In this document: positions 18,694 through 27,232 of the stretch, piece after piece
Layout of the letters: the number at the start of each line of letters is the position of its first letter
How positions within the stretch are numbered: position 1 is the first letter of the stretch
Assembly (NCBI GenBank): GCA_016935555.1
Contig: JAFGQR010000129.1
Location: 13,867-77,866 of the forward strand
Reading direction: 5' to 3'
Origin: Verrucomicrobiota bacterium
Lineage (GTDB): Bacteria > Verrucomicrobiota > Verrucomicrobiia > Limisphaerales > JAFGQR01
DNA: 64,000 bases
Made by a program: the position numbers and the translations under genes
The notes under the pieces: model-generated
Database searches by the model: none
What the model saw: only the letters and a program-made list of their open reading frames with translations
Told to the model about the DNA's origin: nothing

Positions 18694-19820
18694 CGCCGCC
18701 GCCGGCCACCGTCCAGGCGCCGGGTTCGGGGGAGACGTTTCTGTTGAACCTGGGGCCGCAGCATCCGGCAACGCACGGGGTGTTGCGCCTGAAGCTGACG
18801 ATGGACGGGGAGTATATCACGCGGGCCGAGCCGGTGTGCGGCTACGTGCACCGGATGCACGAGAAGATGGGGGAGAACCGGAAGTATGCGCAGTTTCTGC
18901 CGAACACGAGCCGGATCGACTACCTGTCGGCGATGCATTACACGCACGCGTTTGTGGGCGCGGTCGAGCGGGCGCTGGGGCTGGCGGTGCCGCCGCGGGC
19001 GGAGTATATCCGGGTGATCACGTCGGAACTGAACCGGATTTCGAGCCACCTGGTGTGGTTTGGCGCGTTCCTGTTGGACTTGGGCGGGTTCACGCCGCTG
19101 CTGTATGCGTTTGACGATCGCGAGCAGATCCTGGACCTGCTCGAGGCCATTACAGGGTCGCGCCTCACCTACTGCTATTACCGGTTTGGCGGCGTGTGCC
19201 ACGATATCGACAACGCGTTCCTCGAGGGCACCCGCGCCTTTGTGGCCCGGATGCGGCCGCGGCTCAGGCTGTATCACGAGCTGGTGACGGACAACATCAT
19301 CCTCCGGAACCGGCTGATCGGCATCGGCCCCATCCCGCTGGAGTTGTGCCGCCGCTATGGTGCCACCGGCCCCGTGATCCGCGGCTCCGGCGCCGCCTAC
19401 GACGTCCGCAAGACCGAGCCCTACTCGGTGTATCCCCAGTTCGACTTCGACGTGCCGGTGTATCCCGAGGGCGACTCGATGGCCCGCTACCGGGTCCGGA
19501 TGGACGAGATCGAGCAGAGTCTGCGGATTGTCGAACAGGCGCTGGAGCGGCTGCCGTCCGGTCCGGTGCGGGCCGAGGGTGTGCCGCGCGTGTTGAAGCT
19601 GCCGGCCGGCGAGTTTTGCTGCGCGGTCGAGGCTGCCCGCGGCCGCTTTGCGGTGCGCATTGTGAGCGACCGCCGGGAAATCCCGTGGCGCGTCAAGCTG
19701 CGGACGCCGTCTTTTTCCAACCTGAGCCTGTTTGAGGAGGCGAGCCGGGGGATGATGCTGCCGGACGCGATTGCGTTGCTGGGCAGCCTGGACCTGGTGA
19801 TTCCGGACATTGACCGATGA
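18690..19820 (+). CDS. nuoD: Complex I subunit D (49 kDa)
   Basis: LNLGPQHPATHGVLRL, and LDLVIPDIDR at the C-terminus. Its stop overlaps the nuoH start. Confidence 0.95.
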   Translation: MTPPPATVQAPGSGETFLLNLGPQHPATHGVLRLKLTMDGEYITRAEPVCGYVHRMHEKMGENRKYAQFLPNTSRIDYLSAMHYTHAFVGAVERALGLAVPPRAEYIRVITSELNRISSHLVWFGAFLLDLGGFTPLLYAFDDREQILDLLEAITGSRLTYCYYRFGGVCHDIDNAFLEGTRAFVARMRPRLRLYHELVTDNIILRNRLIGIGPIPLELCRRYGATGPVIRGSGAAYDVRKTEPYSVYPQFDFDVPVYPEGDSMARYRVRMDEIEQSLRIVEQALERLPSGPVRAEGVPRVLKLPAGEFCCAVEAARGRFAVRIVSDRREIPWRVKLRTPSFSNLSLFEEASRGMMLPDAIALLGSLDLVIPDIDR

Positions 19821-20818
19821 GCGTTTCGCTGCCCGAACCTTTGAGGCTGTTCGCGCTGCTGGCGGGCGCGATGGCGTTTGTGGGGTTGAATGCGGCCTAC
19901 CTCGTGTGGGCTGAGCGCAAGGCCGCCGGCCGGTTCCAGCGGCGCCCGGGGCCGACGGAAGCCGGTCCTGCGGGATTGCTGCAGCCGGTGGCGGACGTGT
20001 TGAAGCTGATTTCGAAGCAGCTGATGGTGCCGCCGGGGGCGGACGCGGTGTTGTTCCGGGCGGCGCCGGTGCTGGTGCTGGTGCCGGCGATGATCTGCCT
20101 GGCGGTGATTCCGTTTGGGGAAAGGTGGGTGGCGCGGGAGATGCCGTTGGGGTTGCTCGTGCTGTTTGCGTTCGGCTCGATCCAGGTGATGGCGGTCATG
20201 CTGGGCGGGTGGGCGTCCCGGAACAAATACGCCATCATCTCGGCGGCGCGGATCGTGTCGCAGGACGTCGCGTATGAGATCCCGATGTTGCTGGTGATGA
20301 TCACGCTGCTGATGGTGACGGGGACGATGGACCTGGGGGAGATCGTGCGGCAGCAGGCCGGCGGGTTCTGGCGCTGGCACCTGTTCCGCCTGGACGCCAA
20401 CCCGCTCATGCCCCTGACCTTCGTCATCTATTACATCTGCATGCTGGCGGAAACGAACCGCGCCCCTTTCGACATGGCGGAGGCGGAGAGCGAGTTGGTG
20501 GCGGGCGCCTACACGGAATACTCGGGGATGGGGTTCGGCGTGTTTTTCATGGCGGAGTATGCCAACATTGTGGTGGGGTGCGCGACGGCGACGGTGTTGT
20601 TCCTGGGCGGCTGGCAGAGCCCGATCGGGGTGGGGTCGGGGCCGGTGTGGTTTCTGGCAAAGCTCTACGGCCTGGTCTTCTCGGTGATCTGGGTGCGCTG
20701 GACCTTCCCGCGAACGCAGTTTTACGGGCTGCTCAATCTCTCGTGGAAAATCCTCATCCCGGCCTCGCTGTTCATCCTGGTGCTGTCCGGCGCGGCGCTC
20801 CAACTCTCCGGGTCATGA
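19817..20818 (+). CDS. nuoH: Complex I subunit H
   Basis: AERKAAGRFQRRPGP and AETNRAPFDMAEAESELVAGAYTEYSG (ND1 signatures). Confidence 0.95.
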   Translation: MSVSLPEPLRLFALLAGAMAFVGLNAAYLVWAERKAAGRFQRRPGPTEAGPAGLLQPVADVLKLISKQLMVPPGADAVLFRAAPVLVLVPAMICLAVIPFGERWVAREMPLGLLVLFAFGSIQVMAVMLGGWASRNKYAIISAARIVSQDVAYEIPMLLVMITLLMVTGTMDLGEIVRQQAGGFWRWHLFRLDANPLMPLTFVIYYICMLAETNRAPFDMAEAESELVAGAYTEYSGMGFGVFFMAEYANIVVGCATATVLFLGGWQSPIGVGSGPVWFLAKLYGLVFSVIWVRWTFPRTQFYGLLNLSWKILIPASLFILVLSGAALQLSGS

Positions 20819-21258
20819 GGGCGACGCTGCGCGAAATCGTCCTGGGCTGCCGCAGCCTGCTCGTCGGGATGCGGGTGACGATGGTGGAGTTTTTCAAGCC
20901 GGTGGTGACGGTGCCCTACCCGCATGAGGCGCTCCGGATGCCGGAGCGCTACCGGGGTCCGATCGAGCTGGTGCGGGATCCGGCGACGGGCCGGGCCATC
21001 TGTTACGCGTGCCAGTTGTGCGCGCGGGCCTGCCCCAGCGGCTGCATCACGGTCGAAGGCGTCAAGCGGGAGGGGGAACGCAGGAAGCGCGTGACCCAAT
21101 ACCAGCTGGATTTCAGCCTGTGCAGCCTGTGCGGCGCGTGCGTGGAGGCGTGTCCGGACGCCGCGATCCGGTTCTCGAAGCGCTACAACTGGGCGACTCC
21201 CCACAAGGAGGAATTCCTGCTTGACTTGGTGAGGCAGCTGGAACAGGAAAGCCGATGA
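20815..21258 (+). CDS. nuoI: Complex I subunit I (2x[4Fe-4S])
   Basis: Internal ATG of ORF 20578..21258. Contains CYACQLCARACP and CSLCGACVEACP. Confidence 0.9.
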   Translation: MRATLREIVLGCRSLLVGMRVTMVEFFKPVVTVPYPHEALRMPERYRGPIELVRDPATGRAICYACQLCARACPSGCITVEGVKREGERRKRVTQYQLDFSLCSLCGACVEACPDAAIRFSKRYNWATPHKEEFLLDLVRQLEQESR

Positions 21259-21782
21259 CTTCATTTCCTGCCTCGGCCATCGTCGCGGAGGCGATCTTCG
21301 GCGGGTTCGTCGCACTGACCGTCGCCGGCGCGCTGCTCGCCGCGCTCGCCACGCGCATCCTTCGCAGCGTGTGCGGGCTGGCGGTGTGCTCCCTGGGCCT
21401 GGCGGGACTCTACACCTTTCTCCACAGCCCGTTTCTCGGGCTGATGCAAATCCTGATCTACATCGGGGCGGTTTGCGTGACCATTGTGTTTGCCATCATG
21501 CTCGCGGAAACCGAGGAGTCCGCCGGCCGGGAAAGCCGCCGCCGGCGGCTCGCGTGGGGGGGGACGGCACTGGCGGTGAGCGGATGCGTCTTTTGGGGCG
21601 TCGCGCGGCTGGGGTGGGACGGGGTGCGGGCGGCGCCGGCGTCGCGGGCGACGGACGGCTCGGTGGGGGCGATTGGGGTGTCGCTGCTGACCACGCACGG
21701 GCTGGCGTTCGAGCTGATCTCGCTGGTGTTGCTGGTCGCGATTCTGGGGGCGCTGTTGGTTGCGCGGACGGGGCGCCACTGA
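21255..21782 (+). CDS. nuoJ: Complex I subunit J
   Basis: ND6-like hydrophobic protein (FLGLMQILIYIGAVCVTIVFAIML) in the expected operon position. Confidence 0.85.
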   Translation: MTSFPASAIVAEAIFGGFVALTVAGALLAALATRILRSVCGLAVCSLGLAGLYTFLHSPFLGLMQILIYIGAVCVTIVFAIMLAETEESAGRESRRRRLAWGGTALAVSGCVFWGVARLGWDGVRAAPASRATDGSVGAIGVSLLTTHGLAFELISLVLLVAILGALLVARTGRH

Positions 21783-21888
21783 AACGGCCGATGGTTGACA
21801 TGCATTGGGAACCGATGAAGGGCTGCGGGGGGGCGCAAACGCCGGGGGTGTTCCGAGGCGGCTTCATGGCGGGTGATGGGGGGGAGTC

Positions 21889-22215
21889 ATGACCGCGCTG
21901 CCGTTTCACGACCAGCCCCGCGTGTATTTCCTCGTGGCGGCGTTTCTTCTGGCGGTCGGCATCTTCGGCCTGATCCGGCGGCGGACGCTGGTGGGGATGC
22001 TGATTGGGGGGGAGTTGATGATGGCGGGGGCCTCGCTCAACGTGATGGTCTGGAACCGCTTCACGGCGCCGGACCCGGCGGTCGGGCAGGTGCTGGTGTT
22101 GTTTCTGATGGGGCTGGCGGCGGCGGAGGTGGCGATCCTGCTGAGCATCATCATTGCGGTGTACCGCAATTACCGTTCGATCAAGGCGGGTGTCCTGGAC
22201 GAGATGAAAGGCTGA
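21889..22215 (+). CDS. nuoK: Complex I subunit K
   Basis: A 108-aa, 3-TM ND4L-like protein (GIFGLIRRRTLVGMLIGGELMMAGASLNV). Confidence 0.9.
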   Translation: MTALPFHDQPRVYFLVAAFLLAVGIFGLIRRRTLVGMLIGGELMMAGASLNVMVWNRFTAPDPAVGQVLVLFLMGLAAAEVAILLSIIIAVYRNYRSIKAGVLDEMKG

Positions 22216-22217
22216 GC

Positions 22218-23693
22218 ATGGAATCCCCGCCGGATCCTCGTCTGCTGCTGGCCGTGCTGGCGCCCCTGGCGGGCGCGCTGGTGGTCATGGCCAGCCGGCG
22301 GCATCCCAACCTCCGGGAAGGCAGCTCGTTTCTGGCCGCGGCGGCGGTGTGCGGGCTGACGGTGGCGATGGTGCCGGAGGTTCGCGACGGGCGCACGCTG
22401 CGGTGGACGCTGTTCGAACTGCTGCCGGGCCTGCGCTTCGCTCTCAGGGCCGATGCGCTGTCGATGATCTTCGCCGTCGCCGCCTCCTTCCTGTGGGGGC
22501 TCACCGTGTTCTATTCGGCAGGCTATATGCGCGGGCTCGCCGAACGCGCCCAGACGCGCTTCAACGCCTGTTTCGCCCTGACGCTCTTCGGGGCGATGGG
22601 CTGCGCCTTTGCGGACAACCTGCTGACGCTCTACCTGTTCTACGAGATCGTCAGCATCTGCAGCTACCCGCTCGTCGCGCATCACCAGGACGAAGAAGGC
22701 TACGAAGGCGGCCGGAAATACCTGGTCTACCTGACGGCAACGGCCAAGGGACTGGTGCTGCCGGCAATCATCCTCATCTATGTGCTCTCGGGCACGCTCG
22801 ACTTCGCAGACAGCCCCCGGGCGGGGATGCTGCCGGCGACGGTTCACGGAGGGCTGGTGACCGTGCTCTATGTGTGCTGCCTGCTCGGGTTCGCCAAAAA
22901 CGCGGTGATGCCGCTGCATCACTGGTTGCCGGGCGCCATGGTGGCGCCGACGCCGGTCAGCGCCCTGCTCCATGCGGTGGCGGTGGTGAAAGTGGGGGTG
23001 TTCGCGACGGTGCGCGTGATGTTGTACGTGTTCGGCGTCGAGCGGATGCACGCGCTGAACCTGGGGCTGCCGACGGCCTATTTCGTGTCGTTCACCATCC
23101 TGGCGGCGTCGGTGGTTGCGCTGGGCAAGAACAACCTTAAAGCGCGGCTTGCCTACTCGACCGTGAGCCAGCTCTCGTATGTGATCCTCGGGGTGGCGCT
23201 GCTGACGCCGGCGGGCATCGCGGGCGGCCTGGTGCACATTGCCCACCACGCGTTCGCCAAGATCACGCTGTTCTTCTGCGCCGGGGCCATCTACGTGGCG
23301 ACGCGCAAACAGGACATCTCGGACATGAGCGGGCTGGGGCGGGCGATGCCGTTGACCTTCGGCGCGTTTGGGCTGGCGTCGCTCAGCATGATCGGCGCGC
23401 CGCCGGTGGGCGGGTTTGTCAGCAAATGGTATCTGCTGCTCGGCGCGCTGGACGCCCGATCCGTCGGCATCCTCGCCGTGTTGCTCGCCAGCACGCTCCT
23501 CAACGCCGCCTACTTCGCGCCCGTGGTTTATCATGCCTTTTTCAGCCCGCCCCCGGCCGGACAACGCACCGTCCTCTTCAAGGAAGCCTCCCCGGCCATG
23601 GTCGTGCCGCTGACGCTCACCGCCGTGATTTCGGTGGGGCTGGGGTTGTATCCGGAGTTCTTCATGGGCTTGGCGCGGTCCGTGTTGCGATGA
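22218..23693 (+). CDS. Additional MrpD/NuoN-like antiporter-type subunit (proton-conducting membrane transporter family)
   Basis: Internal ATG of ORF 21873..23693, 3 nt after the nuoK stop. Contains the TM5 Glu (LYLFYEIVS), the TM7 Lys block FAKNAVMPLHHWLPGAMVAPTPVSALLHAVAVVKVG, and LAYSTVSQLSY. There is no C-terminal lateral helix. Confidence 0.85.
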   Translation: MESPPDPRLLLAVLAPLAGALVVMASRRHPNLREGSSFLAAAAVCGLTVAMVPEVRDGRTLRWTLFELLPGLRFALRADALSMIFAVAASFLWGLTVFYSAGYMRGLAERAQTRFNACFALTLFGAMGCAFADNLLTLYLFYEIVSICSYPLVAHHQDEEGYEGGRKYLVYLTATAKGLVLPAIILIYVLSGTLDFADSPRAGMLPATVHGGLVTVLYVCCLLGFAKNAVMPLHHWLPGAMVAPTPVSALLHAVAVVKVGVFATVRVMLYVFGVERMHALNLGLPTAYFVSFTILAASVVALGKNNLKARLAYSTVSQLSYVILGVALLTPAGIAGGLVHIAHHAFAKITLFFCAGAIYVATRKQDISDMSGLGRAMPLTFGAFGLASLSMIGAPPVGGFVSKWYLLLGALDARSVGILAVLLASTLLNAAYFAPVVYHAFFSPPPAGQRTVLFKEASPAMVVPLTLTAVISVGLGLYPEFFMGLARSVLR

Positions 23694-23953
23694 ACCTGCT
23701 GAAGATCCTCCAGGGCCTGCGGCGCCACTCGAAGCGCGTGGCGGTTGCGGCGGCGGGCGCGCTCGGGCTGCTCGTGGCGGCGGACGCCGTTCCCGGGCTG
23801 GTGGACAAGAGCGAGGCGCACACGTGGCTCGAGGCGAACGTGCCGGGCTTCTGGGCGCTGTTCGGGTTGGTCGGCTGCATCCTGTTGATCGTGCTGTCGA
23901 AGGGGCTGGGCCGCCTGGGCATCATGACCCGCGAGGATTACTACGATGACTGA
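23690..23953 (+). CDS. 87-aa membrane protein of unknown function embedded in the complex I operon
   Basis: ATGA overlap with the preceding gene and an 8-nt overlap with the next. Two hydrophobic segments (VAVAAAGALGLLVAADAV, FWALFGLVGCILLIVL) and an acidic tail REDYYDD. Confidence 0.55.
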   Translation: MNLLKILQGLRRHSKRVAVAAAGALGLLVAADAVPGLVDKSEAHTWLEANVPGFWALFGLVGCILLIVLSKGLGRLGIMTREDYYDD

Positions 23954-25727
23954 CGGGTGGCTGCATCCCGCGCTGGTCCTCGGGCTGGGCGCCGCGCTCC
24001 TGCCGGCCGTCCCGCCGCGGCTCAAGCGGATTTACCTGCTGGCGGTTCCCGCACTGGCCTGGGTCCGGGTGCTGTGCCTGACGCCGGGAACGTTCGGCGA
24101 GGTGCGGTTCCTGGATTGGGTGTTGACGCTGGGGCGCGTGGACGGGTTGAGCGGCGTGTTCGGGCACATCATGGGCCTGATGGCAGTGTTGAGCACCCTT
24201 TACGGGATGCACGTGAAGGAGGACGGGCAGCACATGGCGGCGTGGGTGTATGCGGCGGGTTCGCTGGGGGCGATTTACGCGGGGGATTACCTCACGCTGT
24301 TCGTGTTTTGGGAGCTGATGGCATTTTCGTCGGTGTTCCTGGTCTGGTACCGGCGTCGGCCGGCCTCGGTGGCGGCCGGGTTTCGCTACCTGCTGGTCCA
24401 CGTGGCGGGCGGGGCATTGCTGCTGGCGGGCATCCTCATGCACTGCCGGGCCGGCGGGCACGGCTGGGAATTCACGGCATTGGACGTCGGACGGCTCACG
24501 CCGGGGGCGTGTTGCATCCTGGCCGGGTTTCTTCTGAACGCGGCGGTGCCGCCGTTGCACGCGTGGCTGCCGGACGCTTACGCCGAAGGCACGTTCAACG
24601 GGTCGGTGTTCCTGTCCGCGTTCACGACGAAGACGGCGGTGTACGCCTTGTGCCGGGGGTTTGCGGGGCTGGACCTGCTGGTGCCGCTGGGGGTTGTGAT
24701 GGCGTTGTATGGGGTGGTCTATGCGGTGCTGGAAAACGACTCCCGCCGGCTCCTGGCGTATCACATCGTCAGCCAGGTCGGTTACATGGTCGCGGGCGTG
24801 GGCCTCGGCACCGCAATGGCCATCAACGGCGCGTGCGCCCATGCCTTTGCGCACATCCTTTACAAGGGACTCCTGTTCATGGGCTGCGGCGCCGTGCTGC
24901 ACATGACCGGCAAAAGCAAACTCACCGACCTGGGCGGGCTCTGGGAAAAAATGCCGTGGACATTCCTGTTCACCCTGATCGGCGGGCTCTCCATTTCGGC
25001 CTTCCCGCTGTTCAGCGGCTTTGTGAGCAAAGCCATGATCGTCCAGGCCAGCTTCGACGAGCACCTCCCGGGCGCCGGGTTCCTCCTGAACCTCGCGTCG
25101 GTCGGCACCTTCCTCCACACCGGCCTCAAGGTGCCGTACTTCATCTGGTTCGGCCGGCGGCGGTGCGAGGCGGCGGTGTTCGAGCGCGCCGCGGATCCGC
25201 CCTGGAACATGAGGGTGGCGATGGCGGTGACGGCGGGTTTGTGCGTGTTTCTGGGTTGTGACGCGCCGTATCTGTATGGCCTCTTGCCGAACCCGGTGGC
25301 CTACCAGCCCTACACCGCGTATCACGTGTTCGAAACGCTCCAATACCTGTCGTTCACGGCCGTCGGCTTCTTCCTGCTGCGCAGGAAGCTCGAACCGGCG
25401 CCCACCCTCAGCCTCGACCTGGACTGGTTCTACCGGATAGGCGCGCGCGCGCTGTTCTGGGTGGCGCGGCAGCCGGTTCAATGGGCCGACGCTTGCATGG
25501 GCGCGGCGCACCGTGCGCTTGGGTTGATCCCCCTGATGGGGGCGGCGCGCCTGGCCGGCGTGTGGGACACCCGGGCGGTCGACGGGGCGGTGGACGGGTT
25601 CGCGAAGGCAGTGTGGGGCTTCGGGCGGCGGCTGCGGCGGGTGCAGCGCGGCGCGGTGCAGGAGACGTTAACGCTGGCGCTGGCGGCCGCCGCGGCGCTG
25701 GCAGTGGCGTTGTGGTTTCTGGGTTGA
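23946..25727 (+). CDS. Divergent NuoL-like antiporter-type subunit with a C-terminal lateral-helix/anchor extension
   Basis: Contains LFVFWELMAFSS (TM5 Glu), LLNAAVPPLHAWLPDAYAEG, and LAYHIVSQVGYM. The C-terminal WDTRAVDGAVDGFAKAVWGFGRRLRRVQRGAVQETLTLALAAAAALAVALWFLG resembles the NuoL/MrpA DxxxIDGxVNG...QtG lateral helix plus a terminal TM. Confidence 0.8.
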   Translation: MTDGWLHPALVLGLGAALLPAVPPRLKRIYLLAVPALAWVRVLCLTPGTFGEVRFLDWVLTLGRVDGLSGVFGHIMGLMAVLSTLYGMHVKEDGQHMAAWVYAAGSLGAIYAGDYLTLFVFWELMAFSSVFLVWYRRRPASVAAGFRYLLVHVAGGALLLAGILMHCRAGGHGWEFTALDVGRLTPGACCILAGFLLNAAVPPLHAWLPDAYAEGTFNGSVFLSAFTTKTAVYALCRGFAGLDLLVPLGVVMALYGVVYAVLENDSRRLLAYHIVSQVGYMVAGVGLGTAMAINGACAHAFAHILYKGLLFMGCGAVLHMTGKSKLTDLGGLWEKMPWTFLFTLIGGLSISAFPLFSGFVSKAMIVQASFDEHLPGAGFLLNLASVGTFLHTGLKVPYFIWFGRRRCEAAVFERAADPPWNMRVAMAVTAGLCVFLGCDAPYLYGLLPNPVAYQPYTAYHVFETLQYLSFTAVGFFLLRRKLEPAPTLSLDLDWFYRIGARALFWVARQPVQWADACMGAAHRALGLIPLMGAARLAGVWDTRAVDGAVDGFAKAVWGFGRRLRRVQRGAVQETLTLALAAAAALAVALWFLG

Positions 25728-25735
25728 GCCGCGCC

Positions 25736-27232
25736 ATGACCTCCCCCAGCCCCAGCGTGCCGCTGCTCAGCCTGCTCGTCTTCAGCCCCCTCGCGGCGGC
25801 GGCCGGCGCCGCGTTCCTTCGGGGCGAACGCGCCCTGCGGTGGTGGACGCTGGCCTGCACGTCGGCGCTGGCCGCGGCTTCCCTGGCGTTGCTCGCGGGG
25901 TTCGATCCCGCCGCCGCCCGGTTTCAGTTTGTCGAGCACGCCGTGTGGATTGCCCCCTTGCACCTCCATTACACGCTCGGGGTCGATGGCATCAGCCTGT
26001 GGCTGGTGCTGCTCACGGCGTGGCTGGTGCCGCTGTGCGTGCTGGCCTCGTGGCGCGCCATCGTGGTCCGGGTCCGGGAATTCATGATCGGCCTGCTGGT
26101 GATGGAGAGTGCGATGATCGGGGTGTTTTGCGCGCTGGACTTTGTGCTCTTCTTCGTGTTCTGGGAGGCGATGCTGATTCCGATGAGCCTGCTCATCGGG
26201 ATCTGGGGCGGGCCGCGGCGGGTTTACGCGGCGCTGAAGTTTTTCCTGTACACGATGGCCGGCTCGGTCTTTCTGCTGGTGGCCATCCTGGCGCTGTATC
26301 TGAAGACGGGGACGTTCCACATCCCGTCGCTCATGGGGCGGCCGTATGAGGCCGGGTTCCAGTGCTGGATCTTTGCCGCGTTTGCGCTCTCGTTTGCGGT
26401 CAAGGTGCCGATGGTGCCGCTGCACACATGGCTGCCGGCGGCGCATGTGGAGGCGCCGACGGCGGGGAGCGTGCTGCTGGCGGGCGTGCTGCTCAAGATG
26501 GGCGCCTACGGGTTTCTGCGGTTCGGGCTGCCCATCACTCCGCATGCGGCGCGCGTGTTTGCGCCCTGGTTGCTGGGGTTGTCGGTGGCGGCGATCCTGT
26601 ATGGGGGTCTGACGGCGCTGGCGCAGCGCGATTTGAAGAAGCTGGTGGCCTACTCGAGCGTGGGGCACATGGGGTTCGCCACCCTCGGGATTTTCGTGTT
26701 GAACACGTCCGGCCTCGAAGGCGCGCTGCTGGTCATGATCAACCACGGGGTGACCACCGGCGCGCTGTTCCTCGTGGTCGGCATCGTCTATGAGCGGCTG
26801 CACTCGCGGGACCTGGACCAGGCGTCCGGCATGGGCAAGTTCATGCCGCGATTCGCCCTGGGCGCCGGCGTGTTCTCGCTGGCGTCGCTGGCGTTTCCGG
26901 GCACGAACGGGTTCATCGGCGAATTCCTGGTGTTGAGCGGCGGGTTCGCGCGCTCGAAAGCGATGACATGGCTGGCGGTGCCGGGGGTGGTGCTGGCGGC
27001 GGCCTACATGCTCCGCCTGCTGCAGAAGCTGGCCTGGGGCGGCACGCGCAACCCGGACCACTCGGCGCTCAAGGACCTGGAGCTCCGGGAAATGGCGATG
27101 CTTGCGCCGCTGCTGGTCCTGGTGTTCTGGATCGGCCTGCAGCCGGCGCCCTTCACGCGCGTCATGCATGCCAGCGTGCAACATCTGCTCGAGCAAGTCC
27201 ACACCCCCTCCGCCTATGCTGCCGCGCCTTGA
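25736..27232 (+). CDS. nuoM: Complex I subunit M
   Basis: Internal ATG of ORF 25481..27232. Contains FFVFWEAMLIPM, AVKVPMVPLHTWLPAAHVEAPTAGSVLLAGVLLKMG, and LVAYSSVGHMG. Confidence 0.9.
   Translation: MTSPSPSVPLLSLLVFSPLAAAAGAAFLRGERALRWWTLACTSALAAASLALLAGFDPAAARFQFVEHAVWIAPLHLHYTLGVDGISLWLVLLTAWLVPLCVLASWRAIVVRVREFMIGLLVMESAMIGVFCALDFVLFFVFWEAMLIPMSLLIGIWGGPRRVYAALKFFLYTMAGSVFLLVAILALYLKTGTFHIPSLMGRPYEAGFQCWIFAAFALSFAVKVPMVPLHTWLPAAHVEAPTAGSVLLAGVLLKMGAYGFLRFGLPITPHAARVFAPWLLGLSVAAILYGGLTALAQRDLKKLVAYSSVGHMGFATLGIFVLNTSGLEGALLVMINHGVTTGALFLVVGIVYERLHSRDLDQASGMGKFMPRFALGAGVFSLASLAFPGTNGFIGEFLVLSGGFARSKAMTWLAVPGVVLAAAYMLRLLQKLAWGGTRNPDHSALKDLELREMAMLAPLLVLVFWIGLQPAPFTRVMHASVQHLLEQVHTPSAYAAAP

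Noticed and set aside
21783-21888. A 106-nt gap between nuoJ and nuoK. Every other junction in the operon overlaps or is at most 8 nt.
   Set aside because: I found no small ORF, hairpin or repeat in it. It is probably just a spacer, or the nuoK or nuoJ boundary is slightly different from my call.
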